From contig NW_014577061.1 of the NCBI RefSeq assembly GCF_000485595.1, positions 1,588,674 through 1,608,673 on the forward strand: a stretch of 20,000 bases of DNA, in the 5' to 3' direction. Shown here piece after piece: positions 12,169 to 20,000 of the stretch. Below the pieces are notes generated by a model. That model saw only the letters and a list, made by a program, of their open reading frames with translations, was not told where the DNA came from and made no database searches. The translations under genes and the position numbers were made by a program. The DNA is from Priapulus caudatus (lineage: Eukaryota). The number at the start of each line of letters is the position of its first letter. Positions within the stretch are counted from its first letter, which is position 1.

Positions 12169-12710
12169 GTGTGGGGGGGTGTGCGTGTGTGCGTGTGCGT
12201 GTGTCGTGTGCGGTGTGCGTGTGCGTGTGCGTGCTGCGTGTGCGTGATGCGTGCGTTTGTGTATGTGTGTGTGTTGTGTGCGCGCGTGCGTGCGTGTGCG
12301 TGTGTGAGTGCTTGTTCGCTTAGTGTGATCTTAATGCTCTCTCATCAGATGTGTCGGTAACCACAACCGAGACGAGCAGTCAGATAATGGTGAGCTCTGC
12401 CGAGCGCTCGGACACGGCCGAGTACACGGTCAGCGTACGCAATGACCACGAGCACAGGATTCGGCATCTTGTTAAAGTCACCGTCAAAGGTCAGCGCGCA
12501 TTCATTCATATGTTATTGCTCTTTTTTAGTCTTAAGGTTTTCTAATTTTACAGCATTTTACTCATTTATTGCTTTTTACTCATTTCTTAATATTGATTGT
12601 GTTTAGTGTCTTAATCTTAATACAGGGTGATTGATGGTAATGTTGATGATGGCGATCTAGGTAAAGGCGATGGGGATTGAAGATATAGGTATAAAGATTA
12701 TTATTAGGTG

Positions 12711-12756
<46 letters not shown>

Positions 12757-13352
12757 ATTTATATACGGTGATTGTGACATGCACCCACACAGGGCCTAAT
12801 GTCAACGAATGATCTCACGAATCGCTGTGTTGGTTTGATCGACCGGGCCCACCGAGGGTCCTCTCACCATCCCCGACACGACAAAGGAGAGCTGCGCGTT
12901 GTCGTGGAAGCCGCCGAAAACGACGGAGGCATGGAGATTCTCTCGTACACCGTCGAGCGACGCGACACGACGCAGAAGCGCTGGAGAGCCTAGCGGCTTC
13001 GTGTCTGCTACGGCTTCCGCGGCGCCAACGCTGCTCGGCGACACGAGTACGTCTCGCGTCATGGCCGACGAATCAAACGACTCTCCGAGACCGCGCTCCG
13101 AGTCGCAGCCGATCGTCGCCAAGGACGCGTCGTGAGTCGTCCGTCTGNNNNNNNNNNCATACTCTGAACTTGGAAGGTCAGTCAGTGCTGCTCTTGTGCA
13201 AATGAATCCTGCACACAGATGCTCTGTGCTAATGACTTCGGTGCAATGCTAATACAGTAGTGATAACGTACCTAATAAAACGTTGGTTTTTTGGCTCATT
13301 GTGACAATAGCTATGCGAATAGTAAAATACTATATATATATATATATATATA

Positions 13353-13397
<45 letters not shown>

Positions 13398-14606
13398 CGT
13401 GTGTGCGCGTGTCGGATTTTATCAGTATTCTATAGGTAATGATTGTTTTTAGTGCTGTAATACAAACCGATGCTTACCAAATGGATTCTTGGCAAGGGTT
13501 GGCTCAGCGGTCTGAGTGGGTTCAGACTCGCCAATGCTGTTCTCTGCCACCACGCGGAAGTGGTATTTATGTCCGGCTGTTAGCTTTGTCACCTAACGCA
13601 TAACAAACCATATTACGTCCATGACGTATATGAAAGGCAGAAACAGACTTGTTGATTAGAGATAATCTTATCTTAGCAGAAAACATTATAGATAAATTAT
13701 ATATTCAGGGCACTTTACAGGAAGCGTTAGTGTTTATTTACGCACCTTTATAGTTGTCTCAGATTTCTTCCCAACTTCTTGCCAATGTCCTGTCTCCACG
13801 TCGCACCTTTCAATGATGTACTGCGTTATTGCAGACCCACCATCCTCTTTTGGTTTAATCCATTTCAGTGTGCAAGACTCCTTTGTGACATCGGCAACTT
13901 GTAAGTTTTCGGGAGAACCCGGCTTATCTGCAGCGTTAAAAATTTATAGATGAAAATGGCCATTCGCATGTTTCGCCAACTTGCACTGAGTGTAGGTACT
14001 GTAATAATTTACACGGCGATGACTGTCATATTGACGACCATAAATATCACTTATTATTATATATTATATATATATATAATATATAAATATTTAATAAATG
14101 TGTGAAATTAAGATGACAGCTTACATGCCTTACGTCGATAGTGTCGTACGTTACAGTCACTACTACGATATTATTAGTGTATTATGATAACCCTCGATAA
14201 CAAATAAAGTCACCAACGTTCTGAAGTCAATCAATATACATATTTCCATTGTAGAATCCTGAAGGCAAACACCAAGATCCGTCTAAAAGAGATGTACACA
14301 GAATAGGCGAAACAGAAACGGTCCTATACCTAAGACCTCGACGTTAATTGTGACGCTGTCTTTCCCTGATGCGTTCTTCACTGTCAGTGTGTAGGCGCCG
14401 CCATCTTGCCTGCGCGAGGACGCGATCGTGACCTTTGAGGTCGACTCTGCAGACGAAACATATTGTTATACCATGACCGAAAGTTGGCGTTGCGTTTAAA
14501 AAAATGAAGCATGATGTGAAATCAAAAACGAGGTTTTTCTTAAATTTGTGCACTTTACTGATTAATGAAGTTATAATTATTACGTTTCTCATTCTTTCCC
14601 ACTCAT

Positions 14607-14642
<36 letters not shown>

Positions 14643-17241
14643 TCTTTTCTCTCTCTCCCTTCCTGTCTATCATCGCTTCTCTCTCCCTCTCACTCTCTCC
14701 CCGCCTTTATCTATCCCCTCTCTCGTGCGCGCACTCTCTGTCCCTCTCTTGCTCACTCTCTCTCGTTCTCGCTACTGTCTATCTGCATGTACCCGTGTTT
14801 TCCATCTCAACGACATCGCTACTCTTCAGTGGCTTCCCGGCGAACGTCCAGTCCGGTGTCGGTGCTGGCTCGCCGGTGAAACGAAGGTTAAACGCGATTG
14901 GCTGACCAGCCTTGACCTTGAGGTCGCGTACACTGGCCTTATCAATCTTAGGTGGCACTGCAGATAATATATATAACACAAGCATTTAAATTTCCCTGCG
15001 TGATTCGCTGTGTTTACGGTACGAGATAGATCTATATAGTTGTGATGCTACGGGATGGCCCGAATTTAGACATGGTGATGCCCTAAGCTATGAGAAGCTG
15101 TAGACCCTATTTGGCAATTGTTAATAGAGAATAAGACTGTGTAACAGCTAAACTTGGCAAGATGGCCGCAACGATGTATAACAAATTCGTGCAGGGTAGG
15201 GGGAAGAGTTGCTCCTGTAGAACTTTAAAAATATGCTTTATATTACACAATAGGAGATTTTGAAAGGCCCTTTTCAGACTGTGAGGCCCTAAGCTGTAGG
15301 GTGTTTAACCTATGCCTAAATCCGGCCCTGGGGTGGTCATACGGATACGATCACTCACAGACTGTAACTAAGACTGATCTGTGAAGAATAGAAGCGATCC
15401 GTGATCGTGAGATCATGAGATCGATAATGGTAATGTCCATCATCATGGATTGACGTGAGGCAATCTGCGCGATTCGTTGGCGCAGAATATGCGCGTCAGG
15501 AATTATCGATGAATAATTACGAATTTGAATTGGATTTAGAATTAGAATTAGAAGAAGGATTTAATTGAGCAGAGATCGGGAATTGAATTTAGAAGTAGCA
15601 CCAGATCGTGGAATCAGAATTTGGAATTGAATGCAGAATTCGCTGCTTACCATTTTTGGCCTTCGAGAGTACAGGCGCCGATGGAGGGCTAGGCTTGCTG
15701 GCGCCTTCCTCGTTCACTGCGCGAATACGGAATTCGTATTCCACCTTTTCCATCAAATCCTTTACAGTACACTGTAGATAAAATCGGAGGTTAACCTGTA
15801 TTTTTACAAAACCTACAAGTAATCTAACACTTACAGTTGCACAGTAAATTAATTTGGATATTTTAACATTATTTTTCAATTCAATATTTGTTTCTCATCG
15901 AACGGTGTCCTGTTATGTTTTCGGTGTATTTTGCTAATTCGTCTACCTTCAGTGTATCAGCAGGCACTCTCTTGGATTCAACCCAGTTGGAGCTGTATTT
16001 GTCCTTCTGTTCAATGATATATTGCTCAATAGGGGCGCCACCATCACTGTCCGGTGGTGTCCAGCTTAGGTCCACGAAGTTTATATCGAAATCAACAATA
16101 GTGGGTGCCGCTGGAGCATCGGGGACGTCTAGAAAAAAGACAAATATTTATATATAATAACATACATAAATTCATGTATAGTTTCGCTTATTGCTACGGC
16201 AGACAGAAAGTGAGTGGCTTTTCAATTTTGAGGCATTCAGATATTAGTACATACATTTCCTATTAGGAATCTACAGCTCTAACTCAATGATACCTATATT
16301 TGAATTTGCAACATATCCTTAATGCCCCTCTTAGATTACTGCTGCAATGCATGTTGCGATAATACCATTATCTACCACAGTCCGACGTTACTCATGACAG
16401 AATGTTGTCACCGTCTCACCGAATGGGTTCTTAGCAACCATCTCCTTGGTAATGACCCAGTCGGATTCTCCCTGCCTGTTGACGGCTCTCACTCGGAACT
16501 TGTACTCTTTCTTGTTAGCGAGTCTCGTTACCTGCACAAGACAAGGCAAGCAACAATGTCTTTAGCTTAATTCACAAACATGGCAAATACGTACGACGCA
16601 ACACCTAACTTGTGTCTATTCCTAGCACTTCAGTGGCGAGGAGTGCTTAGTCTTACTTTGCCTTTAGATACTCGTAAAATATGCATTATAAGCCCCGGCA
16701 AGCACATTACGCAAGACTACTAAAACAATAATATGATATCTACCAATGCATTTATGAATGTATTAACATAATTATACAAACATACAAGTGACGGTTGCCA
16801 CGGTAAACAATATCAGCATTTTGTTTATATTTCGAAATAAAAAGAAAGAACAAAAATTATTCTTCTGCATGCGAATTCCCAATGCCTGACCTTGACGGAC
16901 GTTTCCTGTGGCTCCTCTACACCCTTCCAGGTGCCTTCGCGCAAGTCCTTCTTCTCGACGATGTAGTGCGTGATATTAGAACCACCGTTGTCTGTCGGTT
17001 CGTCCCACGACAGCTCACAGCTGTTCTTCGTAATGTCATTCACCTGTAGCGACTCGGGTGGCCCTGGTTTGGCTGCAGTGGCGTGACACGAGCGTACGGT
17101 AAGCACAAGGTTCGATAAGTACAAGGTTAGATTTTCTGTGCATATCAACAATCTTATTACGGTATTGTTTGTGTAAATTGCTATTTGATTCATTGAACTT
17201 TATATTAATAGGGAGGACATGACACCGGCTTCTTTATGTTA

Positions 17242-17289
<48 letters not shown>

Positions 17290-17350
17290 GTTTGTGTGTG
17301 CGTGCGTGCGTGCGTGCGCGCGCGCGCGCGCGTGGTGTGTGTGTGCGTTT

Positions 17351-17417
<67 letters not shown>

Positions 17418-19099
17418 TGTACATGATAGTGTCGTCGAGATCCGAGTAAGATAGTATAGTATATACATTTAGCGGCATCTAATAACGCAAATGTTGCTGC
17501 AGGTAGCTTACTTAGCATGGTAACTGCAACAGTGTGCGAGTCACTGCCTGCTTCGTTCTTCACTTCCAATGTGTATTCTCCTCTGTCCTCTTGTTCTGTA
17601 TTCTTAACTGTCAATTTTGCTAACTTCTCTGTCGTCTCTATCTTGAACCTGTGGTGAAAACATTTAGGTAAACATATGAATTAGTGGGTGGGGGGCGTGC
17701 TCAGGTTGCTTTCGAAACCAAAAATCCATTCTCGTCACCCATGGTTGTGATCGCACAACAGTTTTAATAGAGTATTCGATATGATGTCGAGATAACACGT
17801 TAGTAGAATATTCCACTCGTCGCTAACGTTTTGCACGCGTCCAGACTTTCTAGTTACCAACTTGTAACACTAGCTGTCAAGCCAACTAATGATTTATTTA
17901 TTATGACGGTAGCTATTTTGATGAAACGCTATTGCGTATGTTTGCGCAGCGTAATGTATAGGACACGCACAATCCTAACGATGCAACGCGTTCGCGCACA
18001 TACACGCATACGCGCATGTGTGCAGTTACGAATGCGCGCACGTACGAAGCGCCTCTGCACGAGTATGGATAAATATGACGGGTGACCCATATTATTTAGT
18101 CCAGTGAGAGCGTTACGTGACTGTGTAGTGACACTGCTGTGCGAAACCTTGGCTTTTATAGCCACGGAAACCCTTGTTAGCTACTTTGCCTGGTACGCAG
18201 TATTGTTATTACAATAATCCGTAAGCTCGCCGGTCGACTCAATAAAAGCTAAGACTGCATCCAACACGACGCGGAAAATGTGAAACAAGCACTTGAACAT
18301 TTTGCAGGGAAACTAATTAATATATATATATATATATATAGTAGTATATTTTTGATACAGGATTACTTAGTCCGATTATACTGATTCCAGACCCTTCCAA
18401 CTGTCAATTAAAAATTATCTTAATTAACGACGCAATCATTCTGTAAGGAATGTAATGCCGTTTGCACATACCTGCCCTTTGACTTGACAACCTTGTCACC
18501 CACTTTCCAGGTAGCAGTCGGGGCTGGTACACCACTGATGGGCACTTCGAATGATAATGTTTGTGTTGTTTTCATCTTAATATCTTGCATGAATTCTTTC
18601 TTAATCTTGGGCGCAACTGCAGAAAAAATATATCAAAGTTAGACAAGTTTCCAGCAATTTTTTTTTCGACGTAAAGTTATTTTCTAAACACTTCTCCGCG
18701 ATTTCCGTAAGTAAAACTAACAATTGACCTAGACATATGCAAGGTGGGTGCATGGATAGAAAAAAAATACATCGTTTTGTACTTGTTACTAAAACGCGAT
18801 CACTCAGCCAAGATTTTGTGTGTTAAAGAGATGAGTACAATCGGTTACAAACGTATAGGCAAAATAGGAACTCATCGTGCGCTTGGTACATTAAACACAT
18901 GTATTTATGCGACTAAAATGCAGCCTTACCGATTACGGCGAGTCGTGCAGCAGACGTCACTTTGTTACATTTGATGTTGTACTGACTGACATCGGTGACC
19001 TCTGGATTCTTGATGCGCAAAATGTATCTGCCATCTTTAGTTTCAATCGTGAACTTGTCGTCCGAGCGTAGTTCGTGAGTGTCTCTGTACCACTTAACC
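304..19099 (-). CDS. Twitchin/projectin-like (titin family) giant muscle protein, internal multi-exon portion with an Ig-Fn3-Fn3 super-repeat; gene extends beyond both window edges
   Basis: 27 exons with GT-AG borders and matching phases join into one open frame. Fn3 motifs (W.PP.DDGG..I..Y.VE; Y.FRV.A.N..G) and I-set Ig motifs (APK...D..VKAGQ; G.P.P...W; D.G.Y.L...N..G) alternate as in the unc-22/bent-type core. Orthology cannot be fixed without a search. Confidence 0.9.
719..854 (-). CDS. Exon: Fn3 N-part (DEPGKPGTPEVMDWDKDHVDLSWKPPASDGGSPITGYIIEQKDKYS)
   Basis: GTTTCAG acceptor, AG|GTAGG donor; 136 nt, phase 1 to 2. Confidence 0.92.
1061..1360 (-). CDS. Exon: complete Fn3 (DKPSQPKPP...WKPPADDGGSKVTHYVVEK...YQFRVKAVNKLG...AKDPF)
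   Basis: CACGCAG acceptor, G|GTGAG donor; 300 nt, phase 1 to 1. Confidence 0.92.
1618..1893 (-). CDS. Exon: complete Ig (VAPKLDKLALQDVTVKVGQ...RSDSGLYSLTVQNKSG...VLVQ)
   Basis: TTTTGACAG acceptor, G|GTGCGT donor; 276 nt, phase 1 to 1. Confidence 0.92.
2025..2102. repeat. Short hairpin element (23-bp inverted arms, 22/23 match), termini ATCAGGAG...CTCCTGAT
   Basis: Arms 2025-2047 and 2080-2102; flanks CATTAT and TAT. Confidence 0.8.
2318..2487 (-). CDS. Exon: Fn3 C-part (TNWLKTMYVRG...YTFRVKALNEAGPGEPS...AKPRF)
   Basis: ATTTCAG acceptor, G|GTACGT donor; 170 nt, phase 2 to 1. Confidence 0.9.
2747..2882 (-). CDS. Exon: Fn3 N-part (TVPGKPGAPVPEDWDASHADLTWTAPKDDGGSPITGYIVERKTKFS)
   Basis: TTGTGTAG acceptor, AG|GTGAAT donor; 136 nt, phase 1 to 2. 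Confidence 0.9.
3187..3316 (-). CDS. Exon: Fn3 C-part (ALAFNDKTVIANNEYQYRVVALNAAG...AKPPF)
   Basis: CTCCCGCAG acceptor, A|GTGAGT donor; 130 nt, phase 0 to 1. Confidence 0.9.
3630..3802 (-). CDS. Exon: Fn3 N-part (DEPRAPGRPEVIECD...WTAPEDDGGSPITGYDVERK...KKPVK)
   Basis: TTACGCAG acceptor, AAG|GTAAAA donor; 173 nt, phase 1 to 0. Confidence 0.9.
4207..4278. repeat. 30-bp tandem repeat (CGACGCAGTACCATGCAAGGTAGCAACGTT), about 2.4 copies
   Basis: Units start at 4207, 4237, 4267. Confidence 0.9.
4536..4835 (-). CDS. Exon: complete Fn3 (DRPGPPEGPL...WKPPKDDGG...YVFRVMAENQNG...AKDAF)
   Basis: GGTTTAG acceptor, G|GTGAG donor; 300 nt, phase 1 to 1. Confidence 0.92.
5159..5295 (-). CDS. Exon: Ig C-half (CVVTTTETSSQIMVSSAERSDTAEYTVSVRNDHGKDSASCKVTVT)
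   Basis: CTCTCATCAG acceptor, G|GTCAG donor; 137 nt, phase 2 to 1. Confidence 0.9.
5336..5548. repeat. (CACACG)n/(CA)n compound microsatellite
   Basis: Direct reading. Confidence 0.97.
5742..5886 (-). CDS. Exon: Ig N-half (VAPKLDISGLRDLKLKAGQPF...GEPTPELKW...ESSTR)
   Basis: TTCAATAG acceptor, AG|GTACGT donor; 145 nt, phase 1 to 2. Confidence 0.9.
6163..6396. repeat. GA-rich degenerate microsatellite
   Basis: Direct reading. Confidence 0.92.
6413..6709 (-). CDS. Exon: complete Fn3 (DEPSAPGRPEVTDWNSDHADLKW...YQFRIVAVNKAGPSEPS...AKPRF)
   Basis: ATTGTAG acceptor, G|GTGAG donor; 297 nt, phase 1 to 1. Confidence 0.92.
6789..6827. repeat. Short hairpin element, same termini family (14-bp arms, 12/14 match)
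   Basis: CATTAT-ATCAGGAGAACATG...CACGTTTTCCTGAT-TAT. Confidence 0.65.
6867..7001. repeat. (TG)n microsatellite running into the gap
   Basis: Direct reading. Confidence 0.95.
7002..7026. other. Assembly gap (25 N)
   Basis: Run of n. Confidence 1.
7099..7268 (-). CDS. Exon: Ig C-part (NEVLIMKSKNYQMTMDEDGVCHLFIMELSLDDAGSYTCKAINQHGKAKTSCDVTVE)
   Basis: CTCTAG acceptor, G|GTGACT donor; 170 nt, phase 2 to 1; D.G.Y.C.A.N..G motif. Confidence 0.85.
7486..7710. repeat. (CATTA)n pentanucleotide microsatellite
   Basis: Long near-perfect cattacatta run. Confidence 0.97.
7710..7752. repeat. Short hairpin element, same termini family (perfect 16-bp arms, 1-nt spacer)
   Basis: GAGTTAATAAAGACAA-A-TTGTCTTTATTAACTC at 7715-7747, followed by CTGAT-TAT; left end reads CATTAT-ATAAAGAG. 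Confidence 0.7.
7860..8006 (-). CDS. Exon: charged linker plus Ig N-part (DEVKIEIEEKKQKPSFVEKL...LTCKVEGHPMPTVTWYR)
   Basis: CACTTTAG acceptor, AG|GTAAGT donor; 147 nt, phase 2 to 2. Confidence 0.85.
8933..9015 (-). CDS. Exon: Ig C-part (GVTEADRGLYKVTASNNMGEASAELEVK)
   Basis: GTTACAG acceptor, AA|GTAAGT donor; 83 nt, phase 0 to 2; D.G.Y motif. Confidence 0.85.
9195..9664. repeat. Minisatellite of about 16-bp CTAGTTACCAGACTCC-like units with a 97-bp higher-order period
   Basis: AGTTACCAGACTTCC block starts at 9363, 9460, 9557. Confidence 0.9.
9778..9992 (-). CDS. Exon: Ig N-part (GIKMPPEFIEKPAVVPSQDASRLIIECLVRAKPDPDMQWYF...LATLEIK); first exon of the Ig-Ig block
   Basis: CCTCCGCGCAG acceptor, AAG|GTCAG donor; 215 nt, phase 1 to 0. 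Coding status is clear; membership of the same transcript is uncertain. Confidence 0.85.
10131..10818. repeat. Long noisy (CA)n/(CG)n/(TA)n compound microsatellite
   Basis: Direct reading; right part mirrors 6867-7001. Confidence 0.93.
10690..13147 (+). pseudogene. Inverted, frameshift-riddled duplicate of about 4518-7001 (four pseudo-exons at about 10978-11269, 11794-11938, 12349-12489, 12838-13131 plus introns); probably an assembly or long-read artefact
   Basis: Reverse complement is colinear with 4518-7001 including intron sequence. Differences are mostly 1-2 nt indels. The copy ends at an N-gap; its left edge is fuzzy inside a CA microsatellite. Confidence 0.9.
13148..13157. other. Assembly gap (10 N)
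   Basis: Run of n. Confidence 1.
13331..13411. repeat. (TA)n(TG)n(CG)n compound microsatellite
   Basis: Direct reading. Confidence 0.95.
13478..13592 (-). CDS. Exon: Fn3 C-part (VTKLTAGHKYHFRVVAENSIGESEP...AKNPF)
   Basis: CGTTAG acceptor, G|GTAAG donor; 115 nt, phase 0 to 1. Confidence 0.9.
13746..13927 (-). CDS. Exon: Fn3 N-part (DKPGSPENLQVADVTKESCTLKWIKPKEDGGSAITQYIIER...ETTIK)
   Basis: CTGCAG acceptor, AAG|GTGCGT donor; 182 nt, phase 1 to 0. Confidence 0.9.
14330..14446 (-). CDS. Exon: Ig C-part (ESTSKVTIASSRRQDGGAYTLTVKNASGKDSVTINVEVL)
   Basis: TCTGCAG acceptor, G|GTATAG donor; 117 nt, phase 1 to 1. Confidence 0.88.
14586..14772. repeat. CT-rich degenerate microsatellite
   Basis: Direct reading. 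Confidence 0.9.
14793..14957 (-). CDS. Exon: Ig N-part (VPPKIDKASVRDLKVKAGQPIAFNLRFTGEPAPTPDW...EMENT)
   Basis: TCTGCAG acceptor, G|GTACAT donor; 165 nt, phase 1 to 1. Confidence 0.88.
15055..15330. mobile_element. Decayed non-autonomous DNA transposon (MITE), hAT-like termini
   Basis: Right end CTATGCCTAAATCCGGCCCTG (rc CAGGGCCGGATTTAGGCATAG) matches left ATGGCCCGAATTTAGACATGG at 15/21; GCCCTAAGCT occurs near both ends; no TSD visible. Confidence 0.5.
15651..15771 (-). CDS. Exon: Fn3 C-part (CTVKDLMEKVEYEFRIRAVNEEGASKPS...SKAKN)
   Basis: TCTACAG acceptor, G|GTAAG donor; 121 nt, phase 0 to 1. Confidence 0.9.
15947..16128 (-). CDS. Exon: Fn3 N-part (DVPDAPAAPTIVDFD...WTPPDSDGGAPIEQYIIE...ADTLK)
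   Basis: TTTTTTCTAG acceptor, AAG|GTAGA donor; 182 nt, phase 1 to 0. Confidence 0.9.
16420..16531 (-). CDS. Exon: Fn3 C-part (VTRLANKKEYKFRVRAVNRQGESDWVITKEMVAKNPF)
   Basis: GTGCAG acceptor, G|GTGAG donor; 112 nt, phase 0 to 1. Confidence 0.9.
16891..17072 (-). CDS. Exon: Fn3 N-part (TKPGPPESLQV...WDEPTDNGGSNITHYIVEK...ETSVK)
   Basis: CTGCAG acceptor, AAG|GTCAG donor; 182 nt, phase 1 to 0. Confidence 0.9.
17242..17420. repeat. (TA)n(TGCG)n(CG)n(TG)n compound microsatellite
   Basis: Direct reading. Confidence 0.95.
17512..17648 (-). CDS. Exon: Ig C-half (FKIETTEKLAKLTVKNTEQEDRGEYTLEVKNEAGSDSHTVAVTML)
   Basis: CACCACAG acceptor, A|GTAAG donor; 137 nt, phase 2 to 1. Confidence 0.9.
18472..18616 (-). 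CDS. Exon: Ig N-half (VAPKIKKEFMQDIKMKTTQ...PISGVPAPTATWKVGDKVVKSKGR)
   Basis: TTTTTTCTGCAG acceptor, AG|GTATGT donor; 145 nt, phase 1 to 2; missed by the ORF track. Confidence 0.88.
18930..19099 (-). CDS. Exon: C-terminal part of an Ig I-set domain (VKWYRDTHEL...TSAARLAVI)
   Basis: TTTTCTCGTAG acceptor, G|GTAAG donor; 170 nt, phase 2 to 1. Confidence 0.85.
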
Positions 19100-19361
19100 C
19101 TACGAGAAAACGCACGTAATATATTTATCAAATGCTAAGTTGCAGCGTTACCGTACTTCGTGCTTGTACATTAAGATTACGGTACTTGCGTTCGGCGCAT
19201 TTTGACGGATTGATGCATGAAGATATTTGCTTTAAGAGCGATCAGTGGGGAAGGTGCTGCCACTGAGGTTAATGTCTTCATAATTTTTATGTTTGATCCC
19301 GCCAGAATAATACCGCAGCTGGTTAGTTGGCATGTAAAATTCACAACGGCGTACATACTGC

Positions 19362-20000
19362 AAGTCGCATCGTTGCATGTAATATAATCCATATTGTTGC
19401 ATGTAAGATAAGCCGCATCATTGTATGTAATGTAAGACAGATCGTTGCATGTAATATAATCTACATCGTTGCATGTAAGATAAGCCGCATCATTGTATGT
19501 AATGTAAGACAGATCGTTGCATGTAATATAATCCATATTGTTGCATGTAAGATAAGCCGCATCATTGTATGTAATGTAAGGCAGTTACATGCAACGATCT
19601 GTCTTACATTACATACAATGATGCGGCTTATCTTACATGCAACAATATGGATTATATTACATGCAACGATCTGTCTTACATTACATACAATGATGCGGCT
19701 TATCTTACATGCAACAATATGGATTATATTACATGCAACGATCTGTCTTACATTACATACAATGATGCGACTTATCTTACATACAACGATGCGACTTATC
19801 TTACATGCAACAATGTGGATTATAAATGTTGCATGTAATATGATCCACATCGTTGTATGTAAGATAAGTCGCATCGTTGTATGTAATGTAAGACAGATCG
19901 TTGCATGTAAGATAATCCATATTGTTGCATGTAAGATAAGTCGCATCATTGTATGTAATGTAAGACAGAATCGTTGCATGTAAGATAATCCATATTGTTG
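19362..20000. repeat. Minisatellite with 24-bp subunits in a 72-bp higher-order unit, arranged in forward, reverse and forward blocks
   Basis: ATCGTTGCATGTAA recurs at 19369, 19441, 19513; reverse block about 19585-19824; forward again from about 19826 to the window end. Confidence 0.92.

Noticed and set aside
10978..13135. A second functional plus-strand twitchin-like gene
   Set aside because: Multiple frameshifts and a damaged splice site; near-copy of the minus-strand exons including introns
19177..19983. ORFs with 24-aa periodic repeats
   Set aside because: By-product of the 72-bp minisatellite; the same peptides appear on both strands because of the inversions

Overview
Animal (probably invertebrate) genomic DNA, almost entirely occupied by an internal part of a giant muscle protein gene of the twitchin/projectin (titin-family) type on the minus strand. 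I traced 27 GT-AG exons between 19099 and 304 by hand. They splice into one stop-free frame of 4607 nt (about 1535 aa) with domain order Ig(partial)-Ig-Fn3-Fn3-Ig-Fn3-[Ig-Ig]-Fn3-Ig-Fn3-Fn3-Fn3-Ig-Fn3-Fn3. Neither the start nor the stop codon is in the window. The contig between the N-gaps (7002-7026 and 13148-13157) is anomalous. It holds a 4-exon Ig-Ig block that interrupts an Fn3 pair, plus an indel-riddled inverted copy of about 4518-7001 that looks like a raw long-read assembly artefact. The introns carry many microsatellites, two higher-order minisatellites (one with alternating orientation forming a stem of about 158 bp) and a decayed hAT-like MITE. They also carry three tiny hairpin elements that share the termini CATTAT-ATCAGGAG...CTCCTGAT-TAT but have unrelated palindromic cores. 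I found no RNA genes or CRISPR arrays. Most long ORFs in the track are microsatellite or antisense shadows.
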